Source: Synechococcus sp. A15-28
Lineage (GTDB): Bacteria; Cyanobacteriota; Cyanobacteriia; PCC-6307; Cyanobiaceae
Direction: 5' to 3'
NCBI RefSeq assembly: GCF_014280175.1
Contig: NZ_CP047931.1
Span: 630,001-662,000 of the forward strand
DNA length: 32,000 bases
Shown here: one piece after another, positions 16,987-25,953 of the stretch
How positions within the stretch are numbered: position 1 is the stretch's first letter
Layout: each line of letters opens with the position of its first letter
Program-made: the position numbers and the translations under genes
The notes under the pieces: model-generated
Seen by the model: only the letters and a program-made list of their open reading frames with translations
Told to the model about the DNA's origin: nothing
The model's database searches: none

Positions 16987-18306
16987 GTGGCAAAGGAGCA
17001 GTGGCGGTCTGGGCTTGGCTTTGTATTAGCCGCAGCCGGCAGCGCCGTCGGCCTCGGCAACCTCTGGGGATTTGCCTATCGCGCCTCCCAGGGTGGCGGA
17101 GGTGCCTTTCTGTTTCTCTACCTGCTGATTGTGCTCGTGGTCTGTCTGCCCGTGCTGGTGGCGGAGATGGTGCTGGGTCGCAGTACAGGCAGCAGCCCAT
17201 TGCTCGCTCCCGTGAACGCCGGAGGCAGGCTGTGGCGACCGATGGGTTGGCTGTTCGTGCTGGCCGCCAGTGGCATCCTGGCGTTCTATGCGGTCCTGAT
17301 GGGCTGGACCGGTGCCACCCTGGTCCAGACCCTGAGTCAGGGCCTGCCGAGCGATATCGATGCCGCCGAAGCCTTTTTTGCGGGCCTCAGCGGTGGGCGT
17401 TCTGCGCTGATCGGTCAGTTGCTCAGCTTGGCGGTCACCGGCGCGGTGGTGGCCGCTGGCATACGGGGAGGGATCGAGCGCTTGTCCCGCTGGGGCTTGC
17501 CGCTGTTGTTCGTTCTGCTGATCGGTCTTGCGATCTGGGCTTCTGGCCTCGACGGTGCTGCGGAGGGCTACCGCACCTTCCTGTTGCGCTGGGACAGTGC
17601 CGAGCTGACCAACCCCACCACGATCCGTAACGCCTTCACCCAGGCCTTTTTCTCCATCGGCACGGGCATTGGCTGCATCCTTGCTTATTCCGCCTATCTG
17701 GATCGAGAGGCACGCTTGCCCCGAGAGGCGGCGGCGGTGGTCGGTATGGACACAGCCGTGGGCATCGTTGCCGGCATGGTCACCTTTCCGGTGGTGATGA
17801 GCTTTGGGCTGCAGGAGGTGATCAGTGGATCCACCCTGGGGACCATCTTCATCGCCCTGCCGACAGGGCTCGCTTCCCTCGGTGCCGGCGGGCAGGTGGT
17901 GGCGGTGCTGTTCTTTGCCCTGGCCCTGATCGCAGCTCTCACATCGGCGGTGTCCCTGTTGGAGGTGCCTGTGGCCTGTCTGATGGAGCAGCTGTCGTGG
18001 AGCCGGACGCGGGCTGTCTGGGTGTCCACAGCGCTGATCTTCGTGGCTGGCCTCCCCGCCGCGACATCCATGGCCGTGCTGGGTTGGATGGACTCCGTCT
18101 TCGGTGGCTTGCTGCTGATCCTGGGCGGCCTGCTGCTGGCGCTGCTGCTGGGTTGGGTTGTCCCTGGTCGGTTTCGGAAGGATCTGAGTGAGTCCTCAAC
18201 ACCGCTGCTGCAGCAAAGACTTCTGCTGGTGATGCTGCGCTGGGTGTCTCCCCCAGTGGTTGCCACCGGTCTGGTGATCAGTGTGGTGGATCTGTTGAAG
18301 GGCTGA
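16987..18306 (+). CDS. Sodium-dependent transporter, SNF (neurotransmitter:sodium symporter) family
   Basis: (V/M)[30 protein letters not shown] is the canonical NSS N-terminus, and the protein is multi-TM. GTG at 16987 is preferred. ATG at 16912 would leave only 4 nt to the dxr start. Confidence 0.85.
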   Translation: MAKEQWRSGLGFVLAAAGSAVGLGNLWGFAYRASQGGGGAFLFLYLLIVLVVCLPVLVAEMVLGRSTGSSPLLAPVNAGGRLWRPMGWLFVLAASGILAFYAVLMGWTGATLVQTLSQGLPSDIDAAEAFFAGLSGGRSALIGQLLSLAVTGAVVAAGIRGGIERLSRWGLPLLFVLLIGLAIWASGLDGAAEGYRTFLLRWDSAELTNPTTIRNAFTQAFFSIGTGIGCILAYSAYLDREARLPREAAAVVGMDTAVGIVAGMVTFPVVMSFGLQEVISGSTLGTIFIALPTGLASLGAGGQVVAVLFFALALIAALTSAVSLLEVPVACLMEQLSWSRTRAVWVSTALIFVAGLPAATSMAVLGWMDSVFGGLLLILGGLLLALLLGWVVPGRFRKDLSESSTPLLQQRLLLVMLRWVSPPVVATGLVISVVDLLKG

Positions 18307-18311
18307 TTCCT

Positions 18312-18542
18312 TCAGGCCTTCGGGTCGGGCTTGTCTTTCATCAGCTCCTGCATCTTGCGGATCCGAGCCAGCATCTTGGTCCACACCTCAAGCCGCCAGA
18401 CCTCCTCCGCATCGCCACCACCGGCGATCTGGGCCTGGGCTGACAGCTTGGCGTCGAGATCCTCCCCGGCTTCGAACGCCTTCATCATCTCCATCTCCAG
18501 CTTGGCGGTCTCCATGAAATTGAGGCGCTTCAGCCAGAGCAT
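18312..18542 (-). CDS. Hypothetical 76-aa helical protein (97 aa if ATG 18605 is used)
   Basis: MLWLKRLNFMETAKLEMEMMKAFEAGEDLD...; GC-rich third positions. Lies 34 nt downstream of cysS on the same strand. Confidence 0.5.
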   Translation of the reverse strand: MLWLKRLNFMETAKLEMEMMKAFEAGEDLDAKLSAQAQIAGGGDAEEVWRLEVWTKMLARIRKMQELMKDKPDPKA

Positions 18543-18576
18543 GGGGAACGTGGATGGGACCGTCAGTCTGCCCTTC

Positions 18577-20064
18577 TCAGCTGCGAATCCATTCGGTGAT
18601 GCCACCGGGTTTATCGATCAGCTCAATTCCCTTGGTCGTCAGCTCGTTGCGGATCCGGTCGGCTTCGGCGTAGTCCTTGGCCGCTTTGGCGGCCTGACGG
18701 GCAGCAATCGCTGCATCGATCGCCGCGTCATCCAGGTCGGATTGCGCCGCGGCTTCTCCACGCAACCCCAGCACGACTGCCAGTGCTCGCAGCAGCGTCC
18801 AACGGTGCGCAAGGCTTCTGATCTCCGTTTCGGGCAGTTCGGCGTCATCCCCTCGCTCGAGTCTGTTGGCCAGCGCTCGCAGGGGTTTGGCCAGCTCGAA
18901 CAACACTGCCAGTGCCCCTGAGCTGTTGAGGTCGTCCTCCATCGAAGCGATGAACTGCTGCTCAAGGGCCTGAAGCGTCTCATCGTCGGGACTGGTCTGC
19001 GGGCCGATGGCGCCCTCAGGCAAAGCCGATGAACTGGGCCAGCCGAGCTGGTCACCATGGCGCTCACCCAGGCTCAAAGCAGCATTGAGTCCTTTCCATC
19101 CGGTGGCTGCGGCTTCGAGGGCCTCCGCCGTGAAGTCGAGCGGTTTGCGGTAGTGGGCCTGCAGCACGAACAGTCGCAGGGTCATGGGAGACACACCGCT
19201 CTCCAACAGAGCACGAATGGTGGTGAAGTTGCCGAGCGACTTGCTCATCTTCTGGCCGCCGACGTTCACCATGCCGTTGTGCATCCAGACGCGGGCAAGC
19301 TCCTGGCCCGTGGCGGCCTCGGACTGGGCGATTTCGTTTTCGTGGTGCGGAAAGACCAGGTCGGCTCCACCCAGGTGGATGTCGATCGTGTCCCCCAATT
19401 CCGCTCGCACCATGGCTGAGCACTCGATGTGCCAGCCGGGGCGTCCTTCTCCCCAGGGGGAGGGGAAGCTGGGCTCTCCGGGTTTGGCCCCTTTCCAGAG
19501 GGCGAAATCAAAGGGGTGCTGCTTGCGCGCCTCTTCTGCATCGGCAACCCGGCCGGCGGCGTTGTCCTGCTGCTCACTGAGATCGCGGCCGCTGAGTTTG
19601 CCGTAGCCGGCGTGCTTCATCACCGCGAAATACACATCCCCGTCAGCGCTGTAGGCCGCACCCTTCGCTTCCAGTTCGCCGATCAGTGCGCGGATGCCAT
19701 CGAGGCACTGGGTGGCACGAGGCATGCGGTCGGGCCGCAGGATGCCAAGGGCGTCCATGTCCTGATGGAAGGCATCGATGTTGCGCTCGCTCACTTCCGT
19801 CATCGAGCTGTTTTGCTCCGCAGCCCGTTTGAGGATCTTGTCGTCGATATCGGTGAAGTTCTGAACAAAGGTCACCTCAAGCCCCCGCCAGATCAGAAAT
19901 CGACGCAGAACATCCCAGTTGATGTAGCTGCGGGCATGGCCCAGGTGGCACAGGTCGTAGACCGTCACGCCGCAGCAGTAGATGCTGGCCTTGCCAGGCG
20001 TCAGCGGAGTGAACGGCTCAGTGCGGCGGGTGAGGGTGTTGGTGAGCCGCAGGGACACAGCCAT
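18577..20064 (-). CDS. cysS: Cysteine--tRNA ligase
   Basis: 495 aa with the class I HIGH variant CHLGHARSY, the KMSKS motif (QKMSKSLGN) and the WHIEC zinc site. Confidence 0.95.
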   Translation of the reverse strand: MAVSLRLTNTLTRRTEPFTPLTPGKASIYCCGVTVYDLCHLGHARSYINWDVLRRFLIWRGLEVTFVQNFTDIDDKILKRAAEQNSSMTEVSERNIDAFHQDMDALGILRPDRMPRATQCLDGIRALIGELEAKGAAYSADGDVYFAVMKHAGYGKLSGRDLSEQQDNAAGRVADAEEARKQHPFDFALWKGAKPGEPSFPSPWGEGRPGWHIECSAMVRAELGDTIDIHLGGADLVFPHHENEIAQSEAATGQELARVWMHNGMVNVGGQKMSKSLGNFTTIRALLESGVSPMTLRLFVLQAHYRKPLDFTAEALEAAATGWKGLNAALSLGERHGDQLGWPSSSALPEGAIGPQTSPDDETLQALEQQFIASMEDDLNSSGALAVLFELAKPLRALANRLERGDDAELPETEIRSLAHRWTLLRALAVVLGLRGEAAAQSDLDDAAIDAAIAARQAAKAAKDYAEADRIRNELTTKGIELIDKPGGITEWIRS

Positions 20065-20104
20065 TCAGAAGCTGCGGCTGAGGCTACGGCGTCCTTCGCT
20101 GAGA

Positions 20105-23050
20105 CTATTTCGCTTCCATCCAGTCGGCGCCGACGCCGGTTTCCGCCACCAGCGGCACACTGAGCTGGACCGCATTTTCCATGGTCTGAACCACGAGATC
20201 CCGGGCGGCATCCAGGGCGCTGGGTTCCACTTCCAGCACCAGTTCGTCATGGACCTGCAGCAACAGTCGAGCTGGGAGCCCTTGACTCTTCAATGCAGCC
20301 TGCAGCTGAACCATGGCCACTTTGATGATGTCGGCACTGGATCCCTGAATCGGAGCATTCGCTGCGGCCCGCAGTTGCTGGGCTTCCATGCCGCCCCGGC
20401 GGGCCACATCCAGATCGATCTCCAGGGGATCCTTGCCCAGCAGCCGTCCCAGACCATTGCGGTCGAAGTGGAACGGACGGCGCCGTCCGAGGATCGTTTC
20501 CACGTAGCCGCGGCTGAGGGCCAGGCGTTCCTGCAATTCCAGGAAGGCAAAAACCTTTGGATAGCGCTGTTTGTATTTGGCCAGGAACTCTTTGGCGTCG
20601 CTCTGGCTCACGCCGGTTTCCCGAGCGAAGCGCTGGGCGCCCATGCCATAGATCACACCGAAGTTGATGGTCTTGCCCAGGCGTCGCTCGTCTGGGCTGA
20701 CGTCGTCTTTCTCCAGCAGCAGCCGCGCGGTGATTGCATGGACGTCATCGCCGCTGCGGTAGGCCTCCTGCAGCACCTCCTCCCCTGACAGGTGGGTGAG
20801 GATGCGCAGTTCGATCTGGGAGTAGTCGGCGCTGAGCAGCGTCCAGCCTTCCTGGGGCAGAAAGGCCTTGCGGATGCGCCGGCTGTACTCGGTGCGCACC
20901 GGGATGTTCTGCAGGTTCGGGTTGCTGCTGCTGAGCCGCCCTGTGGCCGTCACGGCCTGGTTGAAGTCCGTGTGCACCCGCCCTGTTTCCGCTTCCACCA
21001 GTTGCGGCAGGGCATCGATGTACGTGCTCTTGAGCTTGCTGAGCACCCGGTGCTCCAGCACCAGGGGAACCACGGCGTGATCATCCCCGAGCTTCTCCAG
21101 CACCGTGGCATCGGTGCTGTAACCGGTCTTGGTGCGGCGGGATTTCCTGCGATCCAGGCCAAGGGTGTCGAACAGCAATTCCCCCAGCTGTTTGGGAGAG
21201 GCCAGGTTGAAATCCACGCCGGCCGCTTCCTTGGCATCGGCTTCCAGACGCTCGAGGGTGGCGCCCATCTCCGTGGAGAGTTCCTGGAGATAGGGCACAT
21301 CAATGCGGATGCCGGTGGATTCCATCTCCGCCAGCACTGGTTCCAGGGGCTGTTCCACCTGCTCGAGCAGCGTCAGCAACTGCGGCCCCATGGCGAGGAG
21401 CTGGCTGTGCAGCAGCAGGGCCAGGCGTCGGGTGATGTGCACGTCCATGGCGCAGTACTGGGTGGCGGCCTCCAGGGGCACATCGGCAAAGGTCTGTTTC
21501 TTGCCCACCAGATCGCTGTAGGCGGTTGGTTGGAAGCCGAATTCCCGTTCCGCCATCAATTCCAGGCCATGTTTGGCGGCGGCATCGCGCAGGTAATCCG
21601 CCAGCAGCGTGTCCATCACCACGCCGCCGAGGGCCAGCCCATGGCGCAGCAGGATCAAGCGATCGAACTTGGCGTTCTGCAGCGTCTTGGGGTGGTCCTT
21701 GCTGGCGAGCCAAGGGGCGATGGCGGTCACGACGTCCTCCAGAGGCAGCTGAATCGGTTGGCTGTCAGCGCTTCCGTTGTGAGCGAGCGGGATGTAAGCC
21801 AGGGCGTCGAGCTCCTCACCCCAGCAGACGCCGATGCCCACCAATTCGGCTTTAAACGGGTTGAGATCGGTGGTCTCCGTGTCCAGAGCCACCGGCGACC
21901 CGGCATCGGTGCAGCGCATCAGTCGCTGCACCAGCCCCTTCAGAGCAGAGACGTCCTGGATCAGCTGGGGGCGCAGGGCGGGAACGCTGCCAAGCGTCTC
22001 CTCCAATCCCGGATCCTCGTTGGTGGCTTTCGGCCTCGACGACGGCTGTGCCGGCGCAGCAGCTTCTGCATTGGCGCCATAGCCCCCTTCCGAGAACGCC
22101 GCGACGAATCCACCCACCTGGCGCAGCAGGCTGTTCAACTCCAGGTCCTCCAGACAGGAGCTCAGTCCTTCGGCATTCACCGTCGATAACGGCAGGCTGG
22201 GCTCCTGCGGCAGCGGAATGTCCACCAGGATCTCCGCCAGCTTGCGGGAGAGGTAGGCGTTGTCCTTGTCATTGCGGAGCTTGCCCTTCAGGGCACCTTT
22301 GATGGCGCCCCGGCTGGCTTTGGGACCTTCCGCCTCCACCGCGTCGAGCGTTTCATACACCGCATCGAGATCGGTGTTCTCCTTCAGCAGGTTGATCGCT
22401 GTCTTGGGACCCACGCCGCGAACGCCGGGGATGTTGTCGGAGCTGTCACCGGTGAGGGCCTTGAGGTCCACCACCTTGTTGGGCATCACGCCGAGCTTGC
22501 CAAGCACGCCCTCTTCGCGAATCAAGGTCGGGCCGCTGTTCTTGGCGTAGGGGCCACCCCCCATGTACAGCACCGCGATATCGCGGTTGTCATCCACGAG
22601 TTGGAACAGATCGCGGTCGCCCGACAGGATGCGAACTCCCCATCCGTCATTGGCTGCGCGGTTGGCCAGGGTTCCGAGCACATCATCGGCTTCAAAGCCC
22701 GGCGCCATGCAGAGCGGCAGGTCCAATTGTTGGCGAAGGATCTCCTGAAGTTGATCCAGATCCTGGAAGAACACCTCCGGCGCTACGTCACGGTGAGCCT
22801 TGTAATTGGCATCCGCCTTGTGGCGGAAGGTGGGTTCCGCTGTGTCGAAGGCGATGGCCACGCCCTGAGGTTTCAGGGATTTGCCTGTGTCCAGAAGGGA
22901 CTTGAGGAAGCCGTAGGTGACGCTGGTGGGGCGGCCGTCCTTGGTGGCCAACCCCCCTTCGCCGCCTTTGCTGAAGGCGTAGAAACTGCGGAAGGCCAGG
23001 GAATGGCCGTCCACAAGCAGCAGCAGGGGCTTGGTGGAGGCCTCAGGCAT
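20105..23050 (-). CDS. polA: DNA polymerase I
   Basis: 981 aa with a 5'-nuclease domain (LLLVDGHSLAFRSFYA), a 3'-5' exo-like domain and a Pol A palm/fingers domain (RRxAKxINFGxIYG-like KTINFGVIYGM, QVHDELVLEV). Confidence 0.95.
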   Translation of the reverse strand: MPEASTKPLLLLVDGHSLAFRSFYAFSKGGEGGLATKDGRPTSVTYGFLKSLLDTGKSLKPQGVAIAFDTAEPTFRHKADANYKAHRDVAPEVFFQDLDQLQEILRQQLDLPLCMAPGFEADDVLGTLANRAANDGWGVRILSGDRDLFQLVDDNRDIAVLYMGGGPYAKNSGPTLIREEGVLGKLGVMPNKVVDLKALTGDSSDNIPGVRGVGPKTAINLLKENTDLDAVYETLDAVEAEGPKASRGAIKGALKGKLRNDKDNAYLSRKLAEILVDIPLPQEPSLPLSTVNAEGLSSCLEDLELNSLLRQVGGFVAAFSEGGYGANAEAAAPAQPSSRPKATNEDPGLEETLGSVPALRPQLIQDVSALKGLVQRLMRCTDAGSPVALDTETTDLNPFKAELVGIGVCWGEELDALAYIPLAHNGSADSQPIQLPLEDVVTAIAPWLASKDHPKTLQNAKFDRLILLRHGLALGGVVMDTLLADYLRDAAAKHGLELMAEREFGFQPTAYSDLVGKKQTFADVPLEAATQYCAMDVHITRRLALLLHSQLLAMGPQLLTLLEQVEQPLEPVLAEMESTGIRIDVPYLQELSTEMGATLERLEADAKEAAGVDFNLASPKQLGELLFDTLGLDRRKSRRTKTGYSTDATVLEKLGDDHAVVPLVLEHRVLSKLKSTYIDALPQLVEAETGRVHTDFNQAVTATGRLSSSNPNLQNIPVRTEYSRRIRKAFLPQEGWTLLSADYSQIELRILTHLSGEEVLQEAYRSGDDVHAITARLLLEKDDVSPDERRLGKTINFGVIYGMGAQRFARETGVSQSDAKEFLAKYKQRYPKVFAFLELQERLALSRGYVETILGRRRPFHFDRNGLGRLLGKDPLEIDLDVARRGGMEAQQLRAAANAPIQGSSADIIKVAMVQLQAALKSQGLPARLLLQVHDELVLEVEPSALDAARDLVVQTMENAVQLSVPLVAETGVGADWMEAK

Positions 23051-23073
23051 GACGGGAACAGAAGTTGAAGGGA

Positions 23074-24240
23074 TCAGTCGCGGCGATCAGCCCAGGGGGG
23101 CAGATCAATGAACACGCTTGTTCCCGCTTCGAGGCCTTTCAGGATCGCAGTCTGATCACCGCTGCTGTTGCCCAGTTCCACCTCCTGAAATTCTGGTTTC
23201 TGTTGTTCACCCACAAGCAAAACGCCTGGTTTTCCGTCTTCGGTGACGATCGCCACGGTGGGTACCAACGTTTTTGGTGTGCTTCGACCGGTCTGGACGT
23301 TGATGTCGGCGGTCATGCCGATCAGCAGCTTGTCCGGTGGATTGACCAGTGCAAGTTTCACTTCGAAGGAGGTGACGTTGTCCTGTTTTTCAGCTCGCGG
23401 TGCCACTTCGCTGACCTGAGCTTTGAAACGTTCGTCTGGAAAGGCGTCCACGCGGATTTCTGCGGATTGTCCAGCAGCGATCCGTCCGATGTCGCTTTCG
23501 GGAACCCGGGCCGCCACTTCAAGGCCCTTGGAGAGCTCCACGATGGAGGAACTGGTGGCACCTGCGGTGGCGGAGGCTGTGGTTGTAGGGGTGACGAAAG
23601 CCCCGGGTTCTGCGTAGCGGGCTGTGATGGTGCCAGCAAATGGGGCACGGATCTGGAGCTCGTCCTGCTCTTCCTCCAGCTGTTCCAATCGCTCACGGGC
23701 TGCGATCACCGCTGCCTCGGCGGCGAGCATCTGGAAGCGGACGTCGCTGAAGTCGTCAGCGCTGATCACTCCCGACCTGAACAGGTCTTGACGGCGATCG
23801 AAATCCTCCTTGCTGCTGCGGTAGTTCGCCTCGGCCTGGCGCAGCAGCGCCTGGCGTTCCTGCAGGCGGTCATCGATGGCGCCAGGGTCCATCACCGCCA
23901 GCAGCTGCCCTTTGCCGATCTCATCCCCTTCATCCACCAGCAGCTGTTCCAGCCGCCCCTGCTGGCGAGGGCTCACATTGACTTTCCGCACGGCCAACAG
24001 CTCTCCACTGGCGGTGATCACGCCGGACAGCGCCCCCCGTTCAGCCGTGGCGACGTAGGGAGTCAAGTCACGCTGTCGGCTGCTCCAGGGCCCGAGGCGC
24101 ATCAACGCGAGACCACCACCGGCAACCGCCAGCACCAGTGCCGCAGTCAGCCATTTGGGTCGGGACCGTTTCTCTGGGGAGGGGACAGAGGGACGGTTGG
24201 TCTCCTCTGTGGACTCAGGGTGTCGCAGGGTCTGCAGCAT
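23074..24240 (-). CDS. HlyD/membrane-fusion (periplasmic adaptor) family protein
   Basis: N-terminal TM (WLTAALVLAVAGGGLAL), then a lipoyl-like hairpin, a long coiled coil (QERQALLRQAEANYR...RERLEQLEEEQDEL), IRAPFAGTI and a beta-barrel region. ATG at 24240 is chosen to avoid overlap with the ychF promoter/start. Confidence 0.8.
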   Translation of the reverse strand: MLQTLRHPESTEETNRPSVPSPEKRSRPKWLTAALVLAVAGGGLALMRLGPWSSRQRDLTPYVATAERGALSGVITASGELLAVRKVNVSPRQQGRLEQLLVDEGDEIGKGQLLAVMDPGAIDDRLQERQALLRQAEANYRSSKEDFDRRQDLFRSGVISADDFSDVRFQMLAAEAAVIAARERLEQLEEEQDELQIRAPFAGTITARYAEPGAFVTPTTTASATAGATSSSIVELSKGLEVAARVPESDIGRIAAGQSAEIRVDAFPDERFKAQVSEVAPRAEKQDNVTSFEVKLALVNPPDKLLIGMTADINVQTGRSTPKTLVPTVAIVTEDGKPGVLLVGEQQKPEFQEVELGNSSGDQTAILKGLEAGTSVFIDLPPWADRRD

Positions 24241-24292
24241 GGGCCCACAAAACTTCACAACAGTCTCGCCGCTGGCCGGTAGATTCCGCCCC

Positions 24293-25384
24293 ATGCTCAA
24301 AGCCGGAATTGTCGGCTTGCCCAATGTGGGCAAGTCCACCCTGTTCAACGCTCTGGTGGCCAACGCTCAGGCGCAGGCCGCCAATTTTCCGTTCTGCACC
24401 ATCGAGCCGAACGTCGGCACGGTGGCAGTACCGGATGAGCGTCTTGATCAGCTCACCAAGCTCAGCAGCAGTCTCGACACCATTCCCACGCGAATGGAAT
24501 TCGTTGACATTGCAGGGCTGGTGAAGGGTGCCAGTCAGGGAGAAGGTCTGGGCAACAAATTCCTGGCCAACATCCGTGAGGTGGATGCGATCGTTCATGT
24601 GATCCGCTGCTTTGAGGATGACGACGTCATCCACGTGTCCGGTTCCGTCGGGCCAGCCAGGGATGCAGAAGTGATCAATCTGGAACTCGGTCTGGCGGAT
24701 CTGGCGCAGATCGAGAAGCGTCGCGAGCGTCTGAAGAAACAAATGCGCACCAGCAAGGAAGCGCAACAGGAAGACGCAGCTCTGGAGCGGATCCAGGCTG
24801 TGTTGGAGGACGGTGGTGCAGCTCGAAGCGTTGCGTTGAGTGAGGAGGAGGCAGTGATGATTAAACCCCTCGGTTTGTTGACTGCGAAGTCGATCATCTA
24901 TGCCACCAATGTGAGCGAAGAGGATCTCGCTGAAGGCAACGCCTACTGCACCGAAATGATCAACCTGGCGGCCAACGAAGGAGCGGAAACCGTGCGGATT
25001 TCAGCCCAGGTGGAAGCGGAGCTGATTGAGCTCGGAGACGATGAGCGTGCTGATTACCTCGAGGGGCTTGGGGTCAGCGAAGGAGGCTTGCAGAGCCTGA
25101 TCCAGGCAACCTACAGATTGCTGGGACTTCGCACTTACTTCACCACGGGTGAAAAGGAAACCCGGGCCTGGACCTTCAAAGCCGGTATGACAGCTCCACA
25201 GGCCGCTGGTGTGATTCACACGGACTTTGAGCGCGGCTTCATCCGGGCTCAGACCATTGGATGGGAGAAGTTAATTGAGGCCGGATCGCTCGCTGAAGCG
25301 CGCAACAAAGGATGGTTGAGAAGTGAAGGTAAAGAGTATGTGGTGGATGAAGGCGATGTGATGGAATTCTTGTTTAACGTTTAA
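24293..25384 (+). CDS. ychF: Redox-regulated ATPase YchF (Obg-family)
   Basis: MLKAGIVGLPNVGKSTLFNALV, DIAGLVKGASQGEGLGNKFL, and a C-terminal TGS-like domain ending ...VVDEGDVMEFLFNV. ATG at 24293 by alignment. Confidence 0.95.
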   Translation: MLKAGIVGLPNVGKSTLFNALVANAQAQAANFPFCTIEPNVGTVAVPDERLDQLTKLSSSLDTIPTRMEFVDIAGLVKGASQGEGLGNKFLANIREVDAIVHVIRCFEDDDVIHVSGSVGPARDAEVINLELGLADLAQIEKRRERLKKQMRTSKEAQQEDAALERIQAVLEDGGAARSVALSEEEAVMIKPLGLLTAKSIIYATNVSEEDLAEGNAYCTEMINLAANEGAETVRISAQVEAELIELGDDERADYLEGLGVSEGGLQSLIQATYRLLGLRTYFTTGEKETRAWTFKAGMTAPQAAGVIHTDFERGFIRAQTIGWEKLIEAGSLAEARNKGWLRSEGKEYVVDEGDVMEFLFNV

Positions 25385-25385
25385 T

Positions 25386-25577
25386 TCAATCGAATTCAGC
25401 GTTTGAGCTGACTTGTTCCAAGGATTCACTGGGTTGAGATCGTGATCGGGAACGCTTCAAACGATGGATCCACTGGTGGCGGCTGAGTGCGGCAAGCACA
25501 AGCAACGCGATGAAGATGCACAGGAAAACCTTCCAGTTTTCATCCGGTGTAGAGGCACTGGATGACCAGTGCAGCAT
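25386..25577 (-). CDS. Hypothetical 63-aa single-pass membrane protein
   Basis: MLHWSSSASTPDENWKVFLCIFIALLVLAALSRHQWIHRLKRSRSRS... has one TM followed by a basic stretch. It lies in an AT-richer stretch. Its stop is 1 nt from the ychF stop (convergent). Confidence 0.4.
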   Translation of the reverse strand: MLHWSSSASTPDENWKVFLCIFIALLVLAALSRHQWIHRLKRSRSRSQPSESLEQVSSNAEFD

Positions 25578-25644
25578 CAGTCGTTTGCCGCGAAGCAATG
25601 GATTGACCAGGCTGCACCTAATTTAGAGCGCTTGTTTGGATCTG

Positions 25645-25953
25645 ATGTTTCGTCGCATCACGATGTTCAGCCTGTTGCCGTTGCTGGCGTTGGGCAGTTT
25701 TCTGGCCTCCTCGCGGGCTGAGGGGCTGCTGTTCACGCTGCGCAAAGGATCCTTCCTCTCATCTGAGCCCAGTTACGACAGCAAGACCCGTTTGAGTCTT
25801 GCGATAGGCGATGTCCTTGTTGCGAGCCCCCCTCTCGAGGAGAAGGGTGAGTTCTGCCACTACCGATTGGTGGATGGTGAGGGGCGACCGTTGGTGCCAG
25901 AAACAGCCTGGAGTCCCTGCTTCAGTGTTGACAGGTTGTTTGTTGGACCCTGA
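25645..25953 (+). CDS. Hypothetical ~102-aa secreted protein
   Basis: MFRRITMFSLLPLLALGSFLASSRAEG looks like a Sec signal peptide with an A-x-A-like cleavage region. Two Cys in the mature part. The 3' 94 nt overlap the MFS gene tail. Confidence 0.45.
   Translation: MFRRITMFSLLPLLALGSFLASSRAEGLLFTLRKGSFLSSEPSYDSKTRLSLAIGDVLVASPPLEEKGEFCHYRLVDGEGRPLVPETAWSPCFSVDRLFVGP

Noticed and set aside
16266-17630. 454-aa plus-strand ORF
   Set aside because: It is antisense to dxr for its first 640 nt and then out of frame with the SNF transporter. Its Arg/Gly/Pro-rich, low-complexity composition marks it as an artefact of GC content.
20792-22189. 465-aa plus-strand ORF, and its neighbours 19982..20788 and 22601..23068
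   Set aside because: They are fully antisense to polA. They are rich in G/Q/H/L/R, as expected for the codon-complement frame of a GC-rich gene, and carry no recognisable motifs. They are shadow ORFs.
23065-24282. 405-aa plus-strand ORF
   Set aside because: It is antisense to the HlyD-family gene, which has clear family features (TM, coiled coil, barrel motifs). The antisense frame has none.
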